In this document: positions 12,613 through 23,488 of the stretch, piece after piece
Layout of the letters: every line of letters starts with the position of its first letter
How positions within the stretch are numbered: position 1 is the stretch's first letter
NCBI GenBank assembly: GCA_965202585.1
Contig: OZ241828.1
Span: 56,544,001 to 56,608,000, forward strand
Reading direction: 5' to 3'
DNA: 64,000 nt
Source: Thalia democratica
Taxonomy: Eukaryota
The notes under the pieces: model-generated
What the model was told of the DNA's origin: nothing
The model's input: the letters and a program-made list of their open reading frames with translations, nothing else
The model's database searches: none
Made by a program: the position numbers and the translations under genes

Positions 12613-15217
12613 AAATTTTTGAAAGAATAAATATATAACAATACAGTTTTAGACTTAATTATAAGTGAATCTCAATTAGCAAATGTTGATTATGATTGGC
12701 CGCAAAAGTTTTATTTTAATATTCAAAACTTAATATCAGCGAAGCTGGTCTGTTCGATAGGTCTGTTGTCATGGCGTAAATTTTCAGTTTTAATAACCAT
12801 TAAAAGCGAACAAGTTGACCTTTAATAGCAAGAGTTATTAGTTAAAACAAAAATTTTTTACCAATATCTTAAACTTAAATCAAATATTAAATCAATTATC
12901 CAATACATATTTATTTTTTTGTTTTAAGATAAAATAATTAACATGAAATTTGTTTTAGAGAACAGGTTTTTGTCTGAAAAATACTTGGATTGAAACATAG
13001 TTTTTCGATATTGTTATTTAAACTAGTTTAAACATTCTATTCAGCACTATTAGCTATCAACACGTAGCTTTTACAATATAAACTGGTATAATATTTTTAC
13101 ATTGAAAAAAATTAAGTTATTCTTTTTTTTTTCAATGCGTAAAATATAAATAAGTCTTGTAGTTGACTGAGGATATTTTAATAAATATTTCTAATAGGAG
13201 TAAATCTGACTAGGTTGAATAACATTTAAGTTGTATTCAGGTTAAGTAATACTTATAAACATCACTCTAAAAAATGAACTTTAATAATTTGTTTAACAAA
13301 CTTTATCCAAAGTTGGCATAACTGAGTTTTTTGTTTTAAAAACTGGTTTTGCTTCTTTCGGTAATAATCTATTTTTAAATTAAACAAATTTTTGATTTTT
13401 ATATTTTAAAAACTGATGATCGTGTTCGCGTAAAAAGATGGTAATCCTGTTCTCATAAATAGAGCACTTAGATGCATTTATTATAAGAAATATGATAGTA
13501 GTACAAGAAAGAGAAGATAAATAATATACACCAAATTTTATAAGTCTGTATCTATATAAATAAGGTTTGTTTATGTTTAAATTTGATAATGACTTGTTAC
13601 TAGCTAATGTTAATGATTAACTTTAAAGTACACATTAAAAACATACAAAATAAGTTTACGGGGTCTTTAGAAACAAACTTTTTCATATTTCAATAAACAT
13701 CCACAGTGATCATAAAAAGCTCGCCTACCAAAGTAGTAAATTAATGACTGAGCTACAACTATTTTTAACAAGTCGAAGTCATTTTAATAAGTTCAAGGAT
13801 AAACTTTATTGTTTTAGCCAAAAGTTTTGTTTCATAAATTGATTTGTAGGGGTGAGATAGAAAATGTTCAGTCTAAATTGCAGGTAATTTGTTTAGATGT
13901 TATTTAGATAAATTATTAAGATTAATCTTTTGAAGTAACTTCCAATTATAAAAAAAAACAAATTCTGACTCACTAGTTTGCCTATGTAAAAACATAGTTA
14001 TAGATCTATTCATTGTGCAAAGAGTTAAGCACATAAATGATAGGTTGAGATTACTATTTTAAGTAAACTTAAAATAAATAAACCTACATTTTTCTAAAGA
14101 TAAACATTAAATTTAAAAAAATGTATTTGCTAATAAAGGTTTTTTTATTAAATATGCATTTTTAGGCTTGGAAAATATTTTAAAAACAAAGTTTCTAATT
14201 ATAAAAAAAGAAGTGATTTGTTGTGAGCAATTTTTTTTATTAAGTTCATAGTGTGTAAGCGTTGCGGTACTTATTTTTTAATTTTTACAAATACATTTTT
14301 TAAGTAAAGTTTAGTTTGTGGTTAAGTTTATAAACTCAAAAATAAAAATTAAATTCTTAAATAGTTTATTTTACTTTTTATCATGTAGCTAAGTTTGTCT
14401 TAAACTGATTCAATTACACTAGTAAATAGAAAATGTATGTTATTATAAAATACTGTTAAAACTTATAATAAATACATGTCAGCTTCTTCAAATAAGTTGA
14501 AACTCATCTTTCAAATATTTTAATGCTGTTATGATTTATTGTTTATTTCGTTTTATAAGTTGGTTTGTTTTTAATTAGGTCTAATTTTTATTTCAACTAA
14601 ATTTAGTTGAAAGTCTGTTTAAAGATTATACTTTATTTTGATTTGTATGTTATTATATAAGTTTTTTAGTACATTTTGGATATCATTTTTAAGTTTACAA
14701 ATTACTTAAACAACTTTCGTTTAGTTTTTTTTCCTGATTTTATTAATTGTGTTGTATGTAAAACTTTAAAACTTAAATTATAAGCTTATAAGAAATTACA
14801 AAAACATGTGCTGTACGACTCGATATCTAAAAGGTTATTTTGTACATTAGATCCTTAGACCAAATTTTTGAGCGCTTTTCTTATAATATTATATATAACT
14901 TTAGAATATACATATTACAGCTTTAATTCAAACATTTTTAGCACTAAAATTATCAACACTTCATAGTTGTTTTCTAATAGTAAACAGTTAAACTTGCAAA
15001 ATAGCATAACGCACAAAACTTTTTGATAAATATAGTCTCAAACAGTAAATAGTTACTTTAGATCGAAATAATACTTTATTCAACAATAAAAACAAAACAT
15101 TTTGAAAAAAGCAAATCAACTAGGCAAGCGCAAATATACATCGAGACTTTCACGTCACAGATAGTTTGATTTTGACTTGCTTACGAGAGTGCGCGGGAAA
15201 GTTACTGTAAAAATACT

Positions 15218-16030
15218 TTACTGAGTGTTCTTGCCACCAAACGGCGCAGGAACTTCCACGACCGTGTACCTCGAATATTCGGTTGTTACGTCACAACTTT
15301 CAACCGACCAATCGCGTGCTTCCGCGTCGTAAACGCCTTTTTCCCGCTGCCGTCCAAGAAAACAACCACTCTGCTTCCCCGAACCGATACGGCACACCAA
15401 TCGAGGTCAACTGCTGCGGGCGGAATTCTCAGAAAAACGAAGCGATCGCAAACGGAGTCAAAGAACTCGCAGGTCGCAGGCCCGCCGCCGAACACAAACA
15501 ACTTGTTTCCGATCGCCGCCAGCTGACAGTTCGTTCTTTGCTCAATCATGCTCGGCATAAAAGCCCACTCGTCGGCCGCGCTGTCGTACGCTTCAACGCT
15601 CGACAAAATCCTCCATTTTGCGATGCCGACCCGATCCTGATATCCGCCGCACACCACAACCTTGCCTCTGAAAACCGCGCTTCCCGCTAGCGTCCTTGCT
15701 TCGCGCAGCCCTCTGACTTCCTCCAACCCGTGCCTTATCGCGTCAAATCTGACGCAGCGATCCTCTGACCATTCTTCAACATCGTAAAACACCAACGCGC
15801 CTATAACGTAGATGTGGCCCATGAAGGCGCACAAATCGAAGTAGGTTGCAACCAGGTCCAGGTCGGGCAGGTCTTGCCACTCTTGGCCACCTACCGGCAA
15901 CTTTTTTACCTGAACGTTTTGCGTGTTAATTACACTGCCACCGAAAACGTAAACGCAGCCGTCCACGCACGCCGAAGCCCAGAACTGCCGGTATTGAGGA
16001 AACTCCAAATCTGCGCATTTCGTTATTTGG
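15218..16030 (-). pseudogene. Kelch-repeat beta-propeller terminal exon with a 1-nt frameshift; upstream exons not found
   Basis: Kelch blades CVYVFGG, HIYVIG, KVVVCGG...VEAYDSAADEWAFMPSM, KLFVFGG. The natural C-terminus (YDAEARDWSVESCDVT...) continues in another frame (ORF 15218-15400) from about 15340. Candidate acceptor cag at 16031-16033; the frame is closed upstream with no ATG. Confidence 0.7.
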
Positions 16031-16494
16031 CTGCTCAACAAATCAAAAAAATTTACAAAAATAAGTCATGCTGAAATAATAAAATTAAAATTATGTATAA
16101 AAATATGCTATAAAAAATTACTCCATTAAAAATACTAACGCTGTTTTTAGAAACTTTTTTTTTGTAAACATACAAGTAAAGCGTCTTGGTCTAAAATAAA
16201 TGCACTTTGTTTATGATATTTATTTGTAAATAAATACATGCACAAAAACAAAAATATACATGAATAATTTTTAATTTAATTTTTTTGAATAAATTTTAAT
16301 AACTTTTTGTAACAATCTAAAAATTGACGAATTTTGAATTAAGTAATTTTATTTAAACTATGCGTACTTTTAAAAACATTTAATTATAAGTTATAATTAC
16401 AAAAAAAAACATACTTAATTTTTAACTACTAATAGTTTTGAAAATAAGATTTTTGAAGTTTGTCTATAATACATATTAAGATCAAATTTACACC

Positions 16495-16677
16495 AGGGTT
16501 TCTCAAAGTAGGTCATATGGCCCCCTTTGGGCCAAAGAGATGTCGTGACTAGTAAAGGGGCTACAGGAGACAATAAGGCCAAACCTTGAAACTTACAGTA
16601 AATATTTTTTAGTTGTCGATGAAGAGCAAATTTTTTTTATTTCAAAGGAGGCCAATTGACAATTTTTGGAAACCGTG
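16495..16677. mobile_element. Short degenerate hAT-type MITE
   Basis: Imperfect termini cagggtttctcaaa ... tttggaaaccgtg; no clear TSD. Confidence 0.4.
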
Positions 16678-16950
16678 GTCTATATATTGGTACTATAAGC
16701 TTCTATATTCTGAACATATTATGTACATATGATTTTCAAATTAAAGGCTTTTTTAAATAATAAGTTATTTAAACAATAAGTTATTAAAGAGATGTGTTAG
16801 GTAAACTAGAGTTAGAACAGTATACTTTTTTTTTTAAGTAAACTGTAAGAGGTTACTCGTATTTTGTTAAAAAGAAACTTTTAAATAGTCGAAAATGTTC
16901 ATTGTTTTTACTTAATAATAGCCATTTAAATAGGGAGTGCAAATTATATA

Positions 16951-17005
16951 TTTTATTTACGACCCGGTTTCGGTGACAAAAACTTCCGACCTCTTCAAGT
17001 AAATT
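16951..17005 (-). ncRNA. Minimal type I hammerhead ribozyme-like motif with U at core position 3
   Basis: The minus strand reads UUUAC-UUGAAGA-GGU(cggaaguuuuuguc)ACC-GAAAC-CGG-GUC-GUAAA. Stem I is UUUAC/GUAAA, stem II is GGU/ACC, and there is a GUC cleavage triplet. Confidence 0.55.
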
Positions 17006-17694
17006 AAAATAGTAATAAAAAATTTAACTATGAAATTATAAACTATTTTACATACTTTTCTAACTTAATGTCTGTATAACCACTTGAATTATATTTTTGA
17101 CCCTTACAAGCATTCTTTCGTTTTTTGGTACTACTAGTTTTAAAGCTATCATTAACGCTGTTATGTTTTTATCACATAAACAATTATTATTCTTAATACT
17201 TGTTAGTGGCAAAAGTGATTGAAGACCATTTGATAATAATTTAAATTTTGTTATAAATAGTTATAAAATTAAAAATTGTATTTAGTAACTTAATTTTGTT
17301 CTTTGTAAACTTTTTACGTAACGGTAAAATGTTTTAGTAGTGCTATTGCACTACACACAATGTGTGCAAATCAAATAAACATAACTAAATTATTAAACAG
17401 TTTAAAATGAACTTTAAAATAAGATCAAGTATAAACTTTCGGCAAACTTTAATTTATGATCCTTATGGCTAGTTTCTAGTTCTAAATAGATAAATATAAC
17501 CATAAAGCTACAGAACTTTCAAAGATTACTGGGTTTCGTTTATAAACAAAATGCGAGTAATCTCTAAATCAGCTATTTGAAACTAATTTAGTTATTTTTT
17601 GTTCATTTTTGCTTAATAATGGTTTTGAATTAGAAAATCATATGTACTTGAAATAGTCATAACGGTATAGGGCAAAGCCATAACTTGAAATAGT

Positions 17695-17823
17695 CTGCGT
17701 GCAAAATTGTCTGTTCGTGCAAAAATATACCTTCGTGCAAAAGTGTCTTCGTGCAAAAATTAACCTTCGAGCAATTTTGTCTACGTGCAATTTTGTACGC
17801 TCGCGCAATTTAGACAGCTACCC
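17695..17823. mobile_element. Right-end fragment of the cttcgtgcaaaa-repeat MITE family (see 56778)
   Basis: About seven 18-19 bp units containing cttcgtgcaaaa, ending in tagacagctaccc, which resembles tagatacccaccc at 57170-57182. Confidence 0.65.
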
Positions 17824-18501
17824 ATCCGGACAAGTTGGGCAAGATTTTTCAGTAAACATGTCCGGATAACCAAAAATCCGGATAAGTACAAAAAAATCAA
17901 TTTTTAATAAAATAATATAACTGCCCCATGTAATGAATGCAATGCATAAAAGAAGTGTTATAATAAAAACACTTATATAGTAGTTGTGAGTGATATATAA
18001 TAAAATGATAAATAATAAAATCTAAATTTTAAATTAATCAATTTATTCTTTTAAAGTAGAAAAACATCAGATTTGCTAACCATCTGCAACAATATACGTT
18101 TTTTGAGGGTCAAGCAAATAAAATTTATCATTTGTACCTCCAACTGCCCTAACTATCAATTTTGAAAAAATATAAATTTTTGTTTAAGAGAAAATATAAA
18201 TTAAAAAAATTAATTTACTTAATTAAAAATTACTAACTGACTTACTTTACATGCTTACAGATTAATAATAACTAAGCTAGTTTTGAACAAAGATAAAATG
18301 TAATCTTTAGTAATATTATTACCTCATAATAATGAACAAAATTGTAGAATATATAAAATCACTTTAAAATTTCTTACAGTATAAGAGCTTAAATATTTGT
18401 ATCATACAAAAATGTTAGAGTTTAATATTGAAATTTTTTTGAATATTCTTCTGACTGAAACTGTCTGGATAAGTGAGCGTCCGGATAAGTGAATAGGACT
18501 G
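17824..18501. mobile_element. Tc1/pogo (Tigger)-like MITE remnant
   Basis: Right end ccggataagtgaataggactg followed by TA (reverse complement TA-CAGT...). Internal ccggataa repeats; the left TIR is truncated to atccggac. Confidence 0.5.
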
Positions 18502-18505
18502 TACT

Positions 18506-19215
18506 ATTAACTACATTTTTATTTAAGCAATGTTTACTTTGAAAATTAACTAGAAGACAAAAGAAAGCTACATACAGCTTTTTATTATTTTTTTTCTGTT
18601 TTTTGATTTTGAAACTTAACTAAAATTTAAACTTAACCATAAATTCTATTTTAATATTAAAATTAAGTTTTTTTTTGAGTAGAACATTGTTTTTAACTAA
18701 AAGTTTTTATATAATTTTAAAGTTTATATATTAAAGTTAAAATATATAGTTTGAAGATAAAGTTTGTCTTGGACATGACTATAAACTGTATCTTGATGTA
18801 TGACTCAATAACCGAAAGGTTTTTTCGTACACCAGGTCCTTGGACCAAATATTTAAGCGCTTTTTTTTCGTTCAATAAACAATAATATAAAAAGCATTCA
18901 AGCAAAATTTCATAATTTCACAGCTATTACAAGCACGAAATTGTTTAAAATTTCAATAATTTAGTCCCAATTAAAATTAGGTACATTAAAATTCATCTCA
19001 ACTTAAAGCTCACTTAATTGTACCATTAACTACATTTTTACTTAAGCAATGTTTATACTTTGAAAATAAACTAGATGAAAAAAGAAAGCAACATACAGCT
19101 TTTTATTATTATTCTTGTTGTTACATTGAGTTTGAAACTAAACTAAAATTTAAACTTTACTTTAAATTCAATCTTAACATTAAAATTAGTTTTTTAATAA
19201 TAGTTTTGAGTAAAA
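18506..19215. repeat. Diverged direct repeat of about 190 bp (18506-18690 and 19025-19215)
   Basis: attaactacatttttayttaagcaatgttt...aaagaaagcwacatacagcttttt occurs twice, offset 519 bp. Confidence 0.8.
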
Positions 19216-19280
19216 ATTTGTTTTTATTTAATTGTTTAAATGCTATTTTCCATGGCTGTTACTTATCTTTTTAGATTTAT

Positions 19281-19345
19281 TTAAGAACTGACGAGGTCTT
19301 TGACCGAAACTTAGTTTGTAAAAAAAAGTCTTAAAAGAATAAATT
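19281..19345 (+). ncRNA. Hammerhead core with perfect stem II
   Basis: CTGACGA-GGTC-ttt-GACC-GAAAC at about 19288-19310. Stem I pairing (tttaaga/tcttaaa) is offset, so the ribozyme is probably decayed. Confidence 0.45.
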
Positions 19346-19959
19346 CATCCATTAAAATATGATAAAAAAGCATTTATGTATGAGTTAAATTTTATGGCTA
19401 AATCAATAATGTAACCACTACTTTATAACTTACATTTTTGTTTGAAACTAACCTTTTTAAAAAATGTTCGAAATATTTAGATTAAAAATACATCATTATG
19501 AGAAGTTTTGAAACTGACTTTATTTGCTTAAACTTTTTTTATTAGAAAATGAACAAAAACACATTTTACAAGAAAATTTTTGTTTTGAATTACTTAGTTT
19601 TTTATTAAATCATATAAAAAACAACATTTATGTCAGGTAAGATAACTAAAAGTACTTTTATGTAATATACTATATTTTTAAGTAAATTTTCGGACTCGAT
19701 TAATTAAAAATAATTTAATTTTTTTAACTTAAATTAAGTAAAAACTTTTTATATAAGTAGGTTTTAATTTATTGTAAGGAAAGTATACTAATCTACTAGG
19801 TCAAATAGCAAGTAAGAAAAACAGTTAAGGTCAAAACACTTAAAAAACTATAAATTTTTAATATATCTATTCTAGACTAATAAATGTAATAAAAAGAAAA
19901 AGTAACTTTTTGAAAATTAATTTTGTTAAGCACTACAAATATAATTTTTGGCTATCAGA

Positions 19960-20860
19960 ATATACCGTCAAGCCTTCGTTGAACTTCATGAGATCGAAGC
20001 CACCTCATTTGTAATTACCCTTTTTACCGGTCTACTGTCAGTTCGTATTATTAATGACCATACTCTACTTTAAAAATGCTTAAAAGCCAAGTGTACCCCA
20101 CGGAGCTCCTGGAAAAAGTGTGACGTACCTGGTTGGATGGGGTAGTTTTTAGATAAGAAGGCCAGAGGTTGCATTTCTCCATCTTTTCCTTCATGTTCTA
20201 ACACTGCGCCGACATGACTGTCCGATGCGTCAGTGAATAGGATCAGAGGTTATGTGTAGTCCTCACAGCTTATTGTTGCTACTTCAATTAATATAGCTAT
20301 CGTGTCATGGTAAGCTTGAGTTCGACTGTCCGAAAGTTTAACAACTTTCCTATTGCTGTTTATAAGTATCCCTGAAATTTCTGTAGGTGGTGTCGTTACT
20401 TTAGCTAAATAAGGAATTATTTGTGGTAATAACTGACCATACCAATAAACCATTTTAACTTTTTTCTTGTTTTTGGTAATGGTAATTTTTTGATAACTTT
20501 GACCTTAGCTTACATAAAATCAATACCGTCAACACTGACTGAGTGTCTTAAAAATTCTATTTTATTTTCGCAAAGGAACATTTAGCTTTGCTTAAAAACA
20601 GTTCATTTTTTGAAAGTGTTTCTAAAACCTGTATCAAATGAGCAATATGGTAGTCCCAGGAGCATGAGAATCTAAGAATGTCGTCTGAGTAGATAAAAGT
20701 AAAGGGCTCTACATGATAAAGTTATACAATCCATAAACTGCTGATAACGTGTTTGTGCGTTTTGCAAGCCGAAAGACCTTACCTTAGGGACAAACACTTC
20801 CAAGGTTAGTGACAATCAGGGCGTCGCGTGAATTTCGGTTGTTTTGTGATTAAAGTATTT
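19960..20860 (-). mobile_element. Ty3/Gypsy LTR-retrotransposon pol remnant (RT + RNase H)
   Basis: Minus-strand translation across stops and frameshifts: SFGLQNAQTRYQQFMD, FIYSDDIL, KCSFAK-IEFLRH, LILFTDASDSHVGAVLEH...PLAFLSK, ELRGVHLAFKHF, IRTDSRP. Confidence 0.85.
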
Positions 20861-23100
20861 AAGTTTGTGTTTGAAATTTGAGTTAGTTAGAGCATTCTGG
20901 TATCTGGTTATTGATTCATTGAAAATTTCTTTGGTTTTTGACAGTCTATTAAGTCTTTTTTCGATCATTTTTGGGAGACTCTTTTTGATAATGGACGGGT
21001 GGTTCGAATATTTGTTAATATCATTGGTGTTGAAAATTTCTTTTTGGTATGGTTTAAATGTATTATTAGTAGTATCTAGATCAGGGGTCGGCAGGCAGTT
21101 GGTGGTCGCGGGCCAAATTTCAAGTTTCCAAAGTCTACGCGGGCCGCAGTTTTAGTTTTAGTGACATTTGAATAGTCTTATGGCTTTATTTTTAGTCACA
21201 CTAGAGAAAAACTTTACTTTTATTAACCTTATTATTTAAAATGACTTTTAGCTATACATAGAATGCATATTCAAATTAATATTCATTAGATTATGATTTA
21301 CATTGACTAATGTACTTTAATAAATATGTACTAATATTGTTAATAAAATATGTACTTCCATAAGCACTTAATAAGTTAAACTTAATACTTTTTTAATTTT
21401 TCTTACGACCTAACTCTCTATAAAAACCTAACATGAAAGACAATTTATGGGTTACTTCTATACATTTGTTATATCATCAACACTTTTTCATATTTCAAAG
21501 AATATTTACTTCGAAAAAAGTTTTTGCGAGTTAAATAATTTACACTCATTAAGAAATTTAGTAATTAGTTAACATAACAAAATTAATACATGTTTGTATT
21601 CCAGAAAGCTAAAACAAATGATTTAACATAATTAATTCTGAAATACTTTAATAAAATATTCTATTAGTAATTAGACTTTTACATGGTTGCCACTAAAAAG
21701 CAAAAATGTCTGAGATGTATCAAACCAGCTTAAATTTATTAAAACTTGAAAAAGCTAATAAATAGTTGTTAATCAAGCTTAAATACCTAGTTAAAATATC
21801 ATCATTATCAAAAAGTACACAAAGTGTAAGAAAACAAGAAAAAAATGCAATTAGTAAACTACACAACAGTCATAAAAACTATTCTGAGAATTGGAAGATT
21901 TCTTAAAAATGTTTGAAATAAAAGCTTCACACACACCTGAGTTTTCAAGCTTTCAAAATAGCTTGTTTGTGTAGCAATTCAGTTAGTATAAAGTTCACTA
22001 CATAAAGAAATAACAAAGGTTATTAACAGTAAATAAACTACATGCCAAAAATACATAAGTCAGCTGGAATGGACAATTGAGTTTGTTAAACAAGTTTAAC
22101 AAAAGTATAAAAATTTATTTAGTCATTAGCAAAGTAGAAATTTTATTTTTATTAAGCATGATAGCAATTCTTTATTTGCAATAAGAATATTGCATTTAAA
22201 AATATTAATTGTAAAATATAAGACGAGCTACAAGAATAAATAAGCGTTAGTTAGGAGTTATTGCGAGAAACAATAAAAAAAATCACCAAAGTCATTTCCG
22301 ACAAAGCACATTATTATCTTCAGTAACTACAGAATAATCAGAAAAAATTGTTAAGGCAAGTAATAAAGTAGAAAAATTTATTACCTAAAATAAGTTATCG
22401 TTTATAATTGAAAACTTTTATAAAGAATTGATGTTGGCGGTAATGAAAAACTTTTGTTTATTTCTTTAATGACAACATGAAGTCGTGTTTAGGAAATGCA
22501 TTAAGGTTATAAAGTCGCATAAATCAAATAAGGACTTTAATCAAACTGTTAACATGAGAGCACTGATAGAAAAACTATTGCTCATCTGAGAATTTTTATT
22601 AGAGATGTTTTTACTAACTTTGACAATTTGGTAGAATTTCTTTGTTTAGTTCCAATGCGAAGCACAACAATCGTTGAAAATTTTCAAGTAAAAGTGCAAT
22701 GTACCAATACGGAGTTTTTGGAAGTACAATTCTTTCTTTTATTTTTAGTATAAAGTTTAATTAAAGTTTTAAAAAATGTCTTAAAACATTTATCAATATT
22801 AAAAAATACTGTTAAGCTACTATAATAAATTTTTAAATAAAAAAACATTTATTTGGTAATTTTTTTTGAGTTAAATCGAAATTTCATTACTTTAAATGTA
22901 AAAACTGTTTGAAACTATAGGTTTTTCAAAAATTCTCAAATTCAAGCTTTTTTCTAGAATTTTTAACCGTAAATTCACAAATTCAAAGCTTTTCCGGGAT
23001 TCAACTTTTTTGGCAACACTGATTGTTCATTCTTTAATGTACACAATAATTTAAATAATATTTTGAATTATATCAGCTGCAAGACTTAAAATTTAACATA

Positions 23101-23488
23101 TATTAAAACTTAAACTAACACTGTGGATTGAGTAAAACATACATCATAAGTTTAATTTGCCACTCTTTCAAGCAAAAAAGCCAGCCTTAGTAGGGGTAGG
23201 GAGTACTTGGGTGATGTTTGCTAGACACATGAGGAGTCTTGATTTAGATGTGTTTTGGTCTAATTAAGAAGAATTAAAAAAAAAATTTAACTTATATTAA
23301 AACTTAAACTAACACTGTGGATTGAGTAAAATATACATCATAAGTTTAATTTGCCACTCTTTCAAGCAAAAAAGCCAGCCTTAGTAGGGGTAGGGAGTAC
23401 TTGGGTGATGTTTGCTAGACACATGAGGAGTCTTGATTTAGATGTGTTTTGGTCTAATTAAGAAGAATTAAAAAAAAAATTAAAAAAA
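23101..23488. repeat. Near-perfect 194-bp tandem duplication spanning the left junction of the nested transposon
   Basis: Units start at 23101 and 23295. Each contains the TSD agccttagt plus the first ~100 bp of the TIR. Confidence 0.9.

Noticed and set aside
13422-13460. ctgatga motif
   Set aside because: No stem II, GAAA or cleavage-triplet arrangement.
15283-16074. Plus-strand ORFs of 135 and 86 aa
   Set aside because: Antisense shadows of the GC-rich kelch exon.
20865-21155. 96-aa hydrophobic plus-strand ORF
   Set aside because: Antisense of the Penelope remnant running into the hAT TIR.
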